A stretch of 20,000 bases of DNA, from contig JAUGWO010000026.1 of assembly GCA_049724395.1 (NCBI GenBank), positions 56,925 to 76,924 of the forward strand, read 5' to 3'. This document shows, piece by piece, positions 9,226 to 20,000 of the stretch. A model generated the notes under the pieces. It did no database searches, was not told the origin of the DNA, and saw nothing but the letters and a program-made list of their open reading frames with translations. Source of the stretch: Spongospora subterranea f. sp. subterranea. Its lineage: Eukaryota. The position numbers and the translations under genes are program-made. The first letter of the stretch is position 1, and the number at the start of each line of letters is the position of its first letter.

Positions 9226-12200
9226 CTCCCACTCGGCAGCATATCTCGTAGGCGTGTGAATGCCGTCGAACCAAGTGCCTTTGTCAACATGTCTGCAACC
9301 ATCCTCTCTGTTGGGCAATACATCAGCTTAATATCCCCCGTTGCTATCCTTTCTCGCGTGAAGTGATGCCGGATGTCTATATGTTTGGCACGTCTTGATG
9401 TCATGACGTTATTCGCTAACGCAATCGTTCCTTGATTGTCTTGGTAAATCGTGGTGGCCATGCTAGGTGTGCAGCCTACTTCAGTTAGAAAATTTCGTAA
9501 CCAGAGTACCTCTTGAGTGGCCGCCGCTAGCGCCATGTACTCTGCCTCCATAGTCGATAGAGCCACCGTCTGTTGTCGTTTCGTCTTCCAGGCGATTGGT
9601 CCGCCGTATAGGCAAAGGAATCCGGTCGTTGATCGTCTGTACGTCGAGGTCGTTACCCCAGTCTGCATCCGCGTAGCAGGTCAATGTCGCTGGTGCAATG
9701 CCGCCTAAAGTTAGTCCATGCTCGATTGTGCCTCTCAGATATCTGAATATTCGTTTTACCGCGATTACGTGTGCTGACGTGGGCCTTTGGCAGAATCGTG
9801 CCACATTGGATACTGCAGCCATGATGTCGGGCCTTGTCGCCGTCGCCGCGTACATCAATGCTCCCACTGCTTGCCGGAATGGGTATGCAGTTTCGGCTTC
9901 GTCTTCGCTTGTGTTTAGCGAATTCCTTCCGATATCCATAGGTGTTGACACCGGTTTGCTGTCGTGCATCCCGAATTCTAGCAACATCTTCTCAAGATAT
10001 CGTTTCTGGGATAATCTTATCTCTCGTCGTTCTCGTGTCCGATTGATTTCCATTCCCAAGATGTGAGAAATGTCCTGCAAATCTTTCATCTTGAATTGTG
10101 CTGAGAGTTCGCCCTTTATCGTGTTGATTGATTCAGTATTCTTCGATATTATGATTAAGTCATCGACGTATACGCCTATCGTCACGTTTTCGCCGTTTTG
10201 CTGCCTTTCGAAGATACATGGGTCGCTCTTGAGTTGTCGAAATCCAATCTTGGTAAGGAAAGAGGAAAATGTATTCCACCACGCTCGTCCGGATTGACGC
10301 AGTCCATAAATTGCCTTGTGTAGCCGACACACCAGTTGTTCATTTCCGGATTGTACGAATCCTTCTGGCTGTCGAATATATATCTCCTCGTCGATCTTTC
10401 CATTGAGATATGCCGTATCGACATCCATCTGATGAATCTCATGGTCTCGATTTGCTGCAATACATAACAGTAAACGTAGGGTCGTACTTGACATAACGGG
10501 AGCGAATGTTTCGTAGAAGTCGATTCCTGGCCGTTGTCTAAATCCTTGCGCCACCAACCGGGCCTTGTGCCGAATTGGGTTGCCGTGTACATCTTCTTTG
10601 ATTTTGAATACCCACTTTGTGCCTATTGCCGTCCGCCCCTTCGGCAAGTTCGTGAGCGACCAAGTCCCATTGCTGATCAAGGATTGATATTCTTGCAGCA
10701 TCGCTTTCTCCCACTCAATCGCGTCCGACCGTTGTAAAGTCAATGTCGCTGGTGCAACGCCGCCTAACGCCTCTGTTCGTGTTACTGGTTCTCGATCTAT
10801 CATGTTAACGAATTCTTCGTGAAATCGCGCAGGTTGAGCTCGAACACGATCTGGTCGTCTATGTAGGTTCCCATTGTCGTCGCCGTTTTGTAACATTTCG
10901 TTTTCGATTATATGCACGTGATCGTCGTCGTTTTCGGTATCTGGTTTCCTTTGGGTGTGGTCCTGATCGTTTGTGGATTCCTCGAAGTCGTCGCATTCTT
11001 GAGCGTTGCCTCCGCTTCTACCGTATCCCAGGATGTTTTCGTTGAACTTTACGTCTTTGCTGACGAACAATCTTCGCGTTTGTAGGTCCACGAGTCTGTA
11101 TGCCTTGCGTCCACTCTCATATCCCACCAAGATGGCCTCTCTGCTTCGCGGCTTTGTCATCTTCTTTGTCAATTCCGCCGGTATCATCGCATACGCTCGA
11201 CATCCCCAGACTCTCGCGTGGCTGAAGTTCGGCTTTGTGCCCGTCAGGACTTCTGCTGGAGTCTTCTCGTGGTTGAGCGCCGCCGTTGTGCATCTGTTGC
11301 GTATATATGCAGCCGTCTTTGAAGCTTCCTCCCAGTATGTCGTGGGCAGATCCGCGTGCGTCATCATGGTTCGCGCCATATCCTGGATCGTTCGGTTATA
11401 CCGTTCTGCAATCCCGTTTTGATGCTGGCGGTACGGCGTTGAATACTCGTGGTGAATGCCGTGGTTGATCAGATATGTTTTGAATATTTCACTGCAGTAT
11501 TCCTTGGCATTGTCGGTCCTGACTCCTGAGTGCTCGAATCTTTCCCTTTACCGATTGCTTTGAATTCAATCATTGCCTTGAACTCTTTGAACTTAGTCAA
11601 CGCCTCGTCCCTAGATTTCATTGGCATTATCGTTGCCCACCTCGATCGTTCGTCCATGAATGAAATAAAATATCGGTTGCCGATACGGGGAATGGACCGC
11701 AAATATCAGAATGGACTCGATCCAGGATCTCCAGGACGGGTGTGTTTCCTGATTTTGTGCTGGCCTCACAGTGTTTTTCTGCATTTGACATGCTCGACAC
11801 GGTTCGTAGGTCACTTCGTCTTGTCCAATACCATGTACTGAATTCTCGTTTCGCATTCGTTTTAGGTCCCGAAGGTTCAAATGCCCCAATCGATTGTGCC
11901 AGTTCGCTTTCTGCATTAAATGCGTGATAGTTCTGGACAATTTCAAATAAATAATGTCGCCCGTTCCGCGTTCCCGTCTGTATTTCTCGTCCAGCGGCGG
12001 TGATGATACATCGGTACCTAGTTAGTTTCACGTTGTCAGCGAACGATTAACATGCTCTTCCTACTGAGAACAATCCGTGTCTCAGTCCGGGAACATATAG
12101 GACATTGTCAATGTCAACGTCCTTGCCGTTGGAACCGCGTAAGGTTACGGATCCAGCCGTCGTGGCCGTAATTGTTCGTCCATCAGCGAGAACGACGCTG

Positions 12201-13086
12201 GTGGGGTCGATTCGTGCCATGTTATTCATCGTCCGACGATCCCCAGTCATATGTGATGTCGCGCCGGAGTCGCAAGTCATGAATCCTTGTTCGTCGTTGG
12301 CTTGTGCCGTGCCCGCTGAGAAGCCATACTCCTCCGTCATGTTGGCCTCTTGTTTTCCGTTGTTCTGCCATTTTGGTCTCTGTTCGTTGTATCTGGAGTT
12401 GTTCGCTTCGTTCTTCCCCTCTGCGGTCTACGACGTCGCGGGATAAGTGACCGAACACGTTGCAGTTGAAGCATTTCCTTGTTTCCTTCAATCGTGACCA
12501 CGCTCTCGACAGTTCCTGTTCGCGTAATAGTAATGATGCACTTATCTCGTCGTAGCTTGGCGGTAATATTCGTCCAGCCGTAAGTGCAGCTATCGTGTGC
12601 TCGTATCGTTTATCCTTTACGCTGATCAGTATTGCTGATGCCAGTTCAGAGTCCTACATCTCGTCCGGCTAGCCTTAGTCGTAAGGCTAGTTCCTTCATG
12701 TCCGTCAGGTGCTTCTTCATGCCCTCCTGCGCGTTGAACATCTTGTTCGTGAAGTCTTGCTATGTATTGCACGTGTGAGAAAGTCCTGGCCCTATGTGAA
12801 TGCGCCAGCGCATTTCAAGCTTCGGCCGGGGTCCTACATTCAATCACCGTCATTACTTGGTTTGCTTCTACGTGTTGACTATATCGGCAAAGCAAGTGTC
12901 GTTTTCGTGTTCGTCGTGTGATGAGCTCAACTCTACTATGTGCCACAGCCGTGTGGATTTCAGGTGAACCTTCATTTGGAACGCCCACATCATGTAGTTC
13001 TCGTCGTTGAGCTTGACTCCTCGATATGATTTCACAATAGAATTGCTCGCTTGGCTCGTCGCCGGTATCGTAGGTGCTGGGCCCAT
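9168..13086 (-). pseudogene. Disrupted Gag-Pol of Copia copy 2
   Basis: Fragmented ORFs 12868-13086, 12222-12491, 12047-12340, 11611-11946, 11469-11702, 9481-11379 and 9168-9668 match the copy-1 protein. Lesions include an extra A at 9641, a net +7 at ~11521, a 7-nt deletion at ~11680, a premature TAA at 12047-12049 and a ~33-nt deletion at ~12500. Confidence 0.92.
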
Positions 13087-13090
13087 AACC
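13074..13090 (-). promoter_or_regulatory. Primer-binding site (half tRNAiMet type), copy 2
   Basis: The + strand reads gtgctgggcccataacc abutting LTR-C, a 17-nt match to the eukaryotic tRNAiMet sequence GTGCTGGGCCCATAACC as recalled. Confidence 0.88.
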
Positions 13091-13296
13091 TGTAGAGATT
13101 CTTGGGCGTCGAGGCTCGTTTGGAGGGAGTCTCGTTAAGGCTGGCATCGTTGAATGAGAATATTCTAATGAGCGTTATCGTGGTAATTAAGGAGTGAGTT
13201 TTATTCGGTATCTGATGTGTTCAGTCATATAGTCATGATTCACGTGTTATTGGCTTCCTACTCACCGCCGTAGAGAACGTTGACGCATTTCCAACA
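13091..13296 (-). repeat. LTR-C (diverged 5' LTR of copy 2), 206 bp
   Basis: Homologous to LTR-A/B but shorter by 18+8+8 bp, with several substitutions. Canonical TGTTGG...TACA ends. Confidence 0.92.
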
Positions 13297-13830
13297 GGTT
13301 CCAAGGTCGACATTGTTTTTGTGTACCAAGTCCTGGAATTTGCCCAAATCTTGCGTTGAGGATTTTTACCCTGCGGGTACGTCAATTGAACGAAGATGGA
13401 ATCCGTAGTTGCGAAAAATGTCGTCATTCTCGTGGACGAATGATGAGTGGCATTATAATGGAACTCGGCCAGTGCTAGCCATTCCGCCCAGTTACTCATG
13501 ATGATTTGAAACAAATGCACCCAAGTATCGCTCCAGTACCTGGTTAACCCTTTCAGTCTGGCCGTCCGTCTGCGGATGACGCGATGTACAAAGCTTTCGC
13601 TGGATGTTGAGCCGTTCGGACATGTGTTTCCAGAACTTAGAGATCATCTGAGGACCTCGATCTGAAATGACTTCGTCCGGCAAACCGTGGAGTCGGAAAA
13701 CTTCCCTAACGATTAGGTCGGCTAGTTCTGACGACGTGATTTTCTCGTTGCATGCGATAACATGAGCAACCTCAGATGCACGATCGACGACCACTAGAAT
13801 GGAGTCCCTCCCGTTGGACATTGGCAACTT
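13297..13830 (-). mobile_element. Ty3/Gypsy retrotransposon integrase remnant (frameshifted)
   Basis: ORF 13492-13827 reads DSILVVVDR...VFRLHGLPDEVISDRGPQMISKFW...SRHPQTDGQTERVNQVLERYL and continues after a frameshift as NWAEWLALAEFHYNATHHSSTRMT. These are typical Ty3/Gypsy integrase-core motifs. Boundaries are approximate. Confidence 0.9.
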
Positions 13831-16089
13831 GACAAGCTAAACGTTTTGTGCGACACGACGCCTTCACGCAAGAGTCAAAAACTCGCGGTCGACAAACAGA
13901 CGCGTGATGACGAATGTCGAGTTCAAAGAGTTCTGATGTTATTAAACATAGGATCACAAAGCGCACGTCGTGCGCTGCCCGCCGTCAGTTAATGTGTCTT
14001 AGAGAGGTCGAATTACTCGGCAGGTAGTACACATGAGAACATATTCGGCGAACAGAATCTGTTCAAAAACGTTCTGTGTGGCCCCGAAAACCGTTACATG
14101 GTCACTGGCGCTTTCTAGAAATGTTTCGGTATCTGGGATTATCAATGGAGAAATGGGGTTAGCAATCGCACTCTGCATACTGGCAGATACTGGCCACCGC
14201 GGTCTTCATTAATACAGTTCTGACAGACTTCCAGATATTGGCCACGTCACGGGCGAGCAGAATGAATGCCGCTGATTGCTGACAGCAGGTGCGCTACGAT
14301 TGTAGGATCGTTCCATTCACCTTGGCAACCATTGGACGTCCGAACAGCATCCTGAACATCGGTTTTGAAGTCGATAAACAATCGAGTAGACTCGAGAGAC
14401 ATCGAAGGGAGGAACAGCTCCGGCGGATGATCGAGCATGATGAGCAGACTCTGGTAGTCGCCAATGTATGAAAACATGAATCGCAAAGCTGTAAACGGCG
14501 ACTTGTAGTTCAGGACCGTATGGATCGCTTTTCGAGAGCCGTCACCAAATTCAGCCACCTGATGGTGTTCCTTTTGTTAGTTTGCTTTTGTACATATTGA
14601 CCTGTTTGGCGAGTTGTTTTTTTGATTTTGTTTATGTCGCCGTTGAGGTCATAAAATCGAATTTGCCTCAAGCCAGACCGTCCACTAAATCGACTAATGT
14701 TTTAGCAAAACATGAATCTCCCCATTCTCCTTCCCTCCAAACTCCCACTGAAAATACTCATATTCGTTTGGAGAAGGAATTGTAAGATAAGATTAATAGG
14801 GTGAACATGTTCAATCACTGCCTCCTTGGTGGGGCGGAGGTTGCAACGAACTTGAACACTTGCCGATTCAGCGGACGGTAATGATCGAAGCAAATTTGAT
14901 CAGGGCTTTGTCGGATTGAAAAGCGTGATTCCCAGGGAGTTTGTTGTCTGGATAATATCGGCGTTGCGGTCGGGGTTGACCTTTCCAGGTAAATCCCCTC
15001 GAACAACCATCAACAAGTACCGATTTGAAGAATGAATCAATCGTAAACTGTCACTCGGAGATGTGTCCAAATATTGTTACAGTGTATTATAGAAACAGGA
15101 ATGTAACGATGGGATTATATCATGACGGAGTGCTCAACTTGAGTACCAGTCAGAACGACTGTGTCCGAGCGTGATCGATTCAATGATGGCATGAAACAGA
15201 AACAAGCTTGCAAATTCAGTAACAGAAGCCCACTGTTGATCGAAGTCGTTACTTCAGCAGAAATGAACATATTGTTATCGTTATTGAACCGGAATGGAAG
15301 AGAAGGGATTGTTAGATTTGACGATGTGGTCATCCTCTGCGAGGAATCGGCCCAACCTCTCCTCCTCGACGTTGAAAACTCCACGTAGGGTTAAGGTGCA
15401 ATATCAAGCGAAAGAAAGTGAGCGTTCTTGTAGTCGAAGGAATGCTCAGCATCTCGATCGCTTCATCAAGGCCACTTTTCTTGCCAGTGTTGGGATGTCG
15501 CTACCATTTTTGTTATCGTAGGCACTCCAGTAGATTCTGTATATAGAACCGGGTTGACAGCGGTGATGGCGTAAGCAATGGAAACAGATGCAGTAATTTT
15601 TGAAGAAATTTCCTTCATCATCTTCGAGACAACCAAGCTGGGGATAATTGATGCGGATAAGCTAAGCAATTATTACTAATAATGTGATTTAGATTGGGCG
15701 ACGATATGTGTTTCTGTTTGCAACGGCTTGAAAGGCGCCAGACAATGATAAGTGGGCGCTTGAGGTCCGAGCAATTGCAATGACATAGCTTGACCAGTAA
15801 ATTCAGCGACTGTACCGAAATATACCATAATGTCTTCGCGCAAGCAATGCAATTGCTCGAACCCCATGCACACACTGATAATCTGCTATGCCGTTTAAGT
15901 CGTTTTTCAAACCGAAATGCGGTCTTTGCCAAAACTGAATCGCAGTCCTAGTGATGGCTGTTGGTCGAATTCGCATGAATTGTTTCCAGGTAGACTTGTG
16001 GTTGTCAAATATGGTATCGGAAATGAGAGTCAATGTAGCTCTTGTCGTTGAATGCGTCACCTAAGTTGTCCACCGGGTACTATGTACCT

Positions 16090-19000
16090 GGGGGCATCTG
16101 CGTCAGCAACAGTGGCTGCGACTCCCCACGACATGTGACCATTCTACTGGGGGCATCTGCATCAGCAACAGTGGCTGCGATTCTCCCCACAGCAACAGTG
16201 TGACTCCCCACGACATGTGACCATTCTACTGGGGGGGCATCTGCATCAGCAACAGTGGCTGCATCAGCAACAGTGGCCCCCCCACGACATGTGACCATTC
16301 TACTGGGGGCATCTGCATCAGCAACAGTGGCTGCGACTCCCCACGACATGTGACCATTCTACTGGGGGCATCTGCATCAGCAACAGTGGCTGCGACTCCC
16401 CACGACATGTGACCATTCTACTGGGGGCATCTGTGACCATTCTACTGGGGGCATCTGCATCAGCAACAGTGGCTGCGACTCCCCACGACATGTGACCATT
16501 CTACTGGGGGCATCTGCATCAGCAACAGTGGCTGCGACTCCCCACGACATGTGACCATTCTACTGGGGGCATCTGCATCAGCAACAGTGGCTGCGACTCC
16601 CCACGACATGTGACCATTCTACTGGGACATGTGACCATTCTACTGGGGGCATCTGCATCAGCAACAGTGGCTGTGACTCCCCACGACATGTGACCATTCT
16701 ACTGGGGGCATCTGCATCAGCAACAGTGGCTGCGACTCCCCACGACATGTGACCATTCTACTGGGGGCATCTGCATCAGCAACAGTGGCTGCGACTCCCC
16801 ACGACATGTGACCATTCTACTGGGGGCATCTGCATCAGCAACAGTGGCTGCGACTCCCCACGACGTGTGACCATTCTACTGGGGGCATCTGCATCAGCAA
16901 CAGTGGCTGCGACTCCCCACGACATGTGACCATTCTACTGGGGGCATCTGCATCAGCAACAGTGGCTGCGACTCCCCACGACATGTGACCATTCTACTGG
17001 GGGCATCTGCATCAGCAACACAGTGGCTGCGACTCCCCACGACATGTGACCATTCTACTGGGGGCATCTGCATCAGCAACAGTGGCTGCGACTCCCCACG
17101 ACATGTGACCATTCTACTGGGGGCATCTGCATCAGCAACAGTGGCTGCGACTCCCCACGACATGTGACCATTCTACTGGGGGCATCTGCATCAGCAACAG
17201 TGGCTGCGACTCCCCACGACATGTGACCATTCTACTGGGGGCATCTGCATCAGCAACAGTGGCTGTGACTCCCCACGACATGTGACCATTCTACTGGGGG
17301 CATCTGCATCAGCAACAGTGGCTGTGACTCCCCACGACATGTGACCATTCTACTGGGGGCATCTGCATCAGCAACAGTGGCTGCGACTCCCCACGACATG
17401 TGACCATTCTACTAAGGGCATCTGCATCAGCAACAGTGGCTGCGACTCCCCACGACATGTGACCATTCTACTGGGGGCATCTGCATCAGCAACAGTGGCT
17501 GCGACTCCCCACGACATGTGACCATTCTACTGGCATCTGTATCAGCAACAGTGGCTGCGACTCCCCACGACATGTGACCATTCTACTGGGGGCATCTGCA
17601 TCAGCAACAGTGGCTGCGACTCCCCACGACATGTGACCATTCTACTGGGGGCATCTGCATCAGCAACAGTGGCTGCGACTCCCCACGACATGTGACCATT
17701 CTACTGGGGGCATCTGCATCAGCAACAGTGGCTGTGACTCCCCACGACATGTGACCATTCTACTGGGGGCATCTGCATCAGCAACAGTGGCTGCGACTCC
17801 CCACGACATGTGACCATTCTACTGGGGGCATCTGCATCAGCAACAGTGGCTGCGACTCCCCACGACATGTGACCATTCTACTGGGCATCAGCAACAGTGG
17901 CTGCATCATGTGACCATTCTACTGGGGGCATCTGCATCAGCAACAGTGGCTGCGACTCCCCACGACATGTGACCATTCTACTGGGGGCATCTGCATCAGC
18001 AACAGTGGCTGTGACTCCCCACGACATGTGACCATTCTACTGGGGGCATCTGCATCAGCAACAGTGGCTGCGACTCCCCACGACATGTGACCATTCTACT
18101 GGGGGCATCTGCATCAGCAACAGTGGCTGCGACTCCCCACGACATGTGACCATTCTACTGGGGGCATCTGCATCAGCAACAGTGGCTGCGACTCCCCACG
18201 ACATGTGACCATTCTACTGGGGGCATCTGCATCAGCAACAGTGGCTGCGACTCCCCACGACATGTGACCATTCTACTGGGGGCATCTGCATCAGCAACAG
18301 TGGCTGTGACTCCCCACGACATGTGACCATTCTACTGGGGGCATCTGCATCAGCAACAGTGGCTGTGACTCCCCACGACATGTGACCATTCTACTGGGGG
18401 GCATCTGCATCAGCAACAGTGGCTGCGACTCCCCACGACATGTGACCATTCTACTGGGGGCATCTGCATCAGCAACAGTGGCTGACTCCCCACGACATGT
18501 GACCATTCTACTGGGGGCATCTGCATCAGCAACAGTGGCTGCGACTCCCCACGACATGTGACCATTCTACTGGGGGCATCTGCATCAGCAACAGTGGCTG
18601 CGACTCCCCACGACATGTGACCATTCTACTGGGGGCATCTGCATCAGCAACAGTGGCTGCGACTCCCCACGACATGTGACCATTCTACTGGGGGCATCTG
18701 CATCAGCAACAGTGGCTGCGACTCCCCACGACATGTGACCATTCTACTGGGGGCATCTGCATCAGCAACAGTGGCTGTGACTCCCCACGACATGTGACCA
18801 TTCTACTGGGGGCATCTGCATCAGCAACAGTGGCTGCGACTCCCCACGACATGTGACCATTCTACTGGGGGCATCTGCATCAGCAACAGTGGCTGACCAT
18901 TCTACTGGGGGACTCCCCAGACACGACATGTGACCATTCTACTGGGGGCATCTGCATCAGCAACAGTGGCTGCGACTCCCCACGACATGTGACCATTCTA

Positions 19001-20000
19001 CTGGGGGCATCTGCATCAGCAACAGTGGCTGCGACTCCCCACGACATGTGACCATTCTACTGGGGGCATCTGCATCAGCAACAGTGGCTGCGACTCCCCA
19101 CGACATGTGACCATTCTACTGGGGGCATCTGCATCAGCAACAGTGGCTGCATTCCCCACGACATGTGACCATTCTACTGGGGGCATCTGCATCAGCAACA
19201 GTGGCTGCGACTCCCCACGACATGTGACCATTCTACTGGGGGCATCTGCATCAGCAACAGTGGCTGCGACTCCCCACGACATGTGACCATTCTACTGGGG
19301 GCATCTGCATCAGCAACAGTGGCTGCGACTCCCCACGACATGTCATCATGGGGGCATCTGCATCAGCAACAGTGGCTGCGACTCCCCACGACATGTGACC
19401 ATTCTACTGGGGGCATCTGCATCAGCAACAGTGGCTGCGACTCCCCACGACATGTGACCATTCTACTGGGGGCATCTGCATCAGCAACAGTGGCTGCGAC
19501 TCCCCACGACATGTGACCATTCTACTGGGGGCATCTGCATCAGCAACAGTGGCTGTGACTCCCCACGACATGTGACCATTCTACTGGGGGCATCTGCATC
19601 AGCAACAGTGGCTGCGACTCCCCACGACATGTGACCATTCTACTGGGGGCATCTGCATCAGCAACAGTGGCTGCGACTCCCCACGACATGTGACCATTCT
19701 ACTGGGGGCATCTGCATCAGCAACAGTGGCTGCGACTCCCCACGACATGTGACCATTCTACTGGGGGCATCTGCATCAGCAACAGTGGCTGCGACTCCCC
19801 ACGACATGTGACCATTCTACTGGGGGCATCTGCATCAGCAACAGTGGCTGCGACTCCCCACGACATGTGACCATTCTACTAAGGGCATCTGCATCAGCAA
19901 CAGTGGCTGTGACTCCCCACGACATGTGACCATTCTACTAAGGGCATCTGCATCAGCAACAGTGGCTGTGACTCCCCACAGCATGTGACCATTCTACTGG
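16090..20000. repeat. 59-bp tandem satellite, about 66 units, continues past the window end
   Basis: Consensus GGGGGCATCTGCATCAGCAACAGTGGCTGCGACTCCCCACGACATGTGACCATTCTACT repeated head to tail. Most units are perfect; some are truncated or rearranged. Confidence 0.98.

Larger units (their letters stand above)
8986..13296 (-). mobile_element. Ty1/Copia LTR retrotransposon, copy 2 (chimeric, defective)
   Basis: Collinear with copy 1. Near-identical over 9226-~11430; many substitutions and indels over ~11431-13296. Confidence 0.95.

Noticed and set aside
5574..12446. Plus-strand ORFs within the Copia copies (e.g. 6853-7266, 7849-8307, 8317-8862, 11006-11422)
   Set aside because: Antisense shadows of the gag-pol frame with no recognisable domains.
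16080..19516. ORFs inside the satellite (MSWGVAATVADADAPSR...)
   Set aside because: The 59-bp unit is not a multiple of 3. Stops recur regularly, and the longer ORFs exist only where indels skip a stop.
16090..20000. CRISPR array
   Set aside because: Units are contiguous and near-identical with no unique spacers; no cas genes; eukaryotic context.
16090..20000. Hammerhead ribozyme in the satellite unit (minus-strand CTGATG)
   Set aside because: The core needs CUGANGA and GAAA; the unit has CTGATGC and no GAAA.
16090..20000. tRNA/SINE origin of the unit (GGGGGCAT... start; GGCTGCGACTCC loosely like a B-box)
   Set aside because: Too short for a cloverleaf, no proper TTCGA loop, and the similarity is at chance level.

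Overview
Eukaryotic DNA from a compact genome with introns of about 43-56 nt; the host cannot be identified from the sequence. Three host genes lie at the left: the 3' part of a multi-exon coiled-coil gene (<1-2930, +), an intronless gene for a predicted secreted Cys-rich protein (3014-3643, +) and a small, probably spliced gene (3899-4415, -). Next is a minus-strand head-to-tail Ty1/Copia dimer, LTR-internal-LTR-internal-LTR (4863-13296), with a shared central LTR. Copy 1 is young (two apparently identical 240-bp LTRs, one 1-nt frameshift). Copy 2 is a chimera: its 3' half is near-identical to copy 1, while its 5' half and LTR are diverged and decayed. The element has a half-tRNAiMet primer site, an ORF overlapping both LTRs, a non-canonical CG at the U3 end of the young LTRs, and no target-site duplication. 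It is followed by a Ty3/Gypsy integrase remnant (~13297-13830), ~2.2 kb of unassigned sequence, and a homogeneous 59-bp satellite running from ~16090 off the end of the window. The layout resembles a euchromatin/heterochromatin boundary. All alignments were done by eye, and assembly artefacts cannot be excluded without reads.
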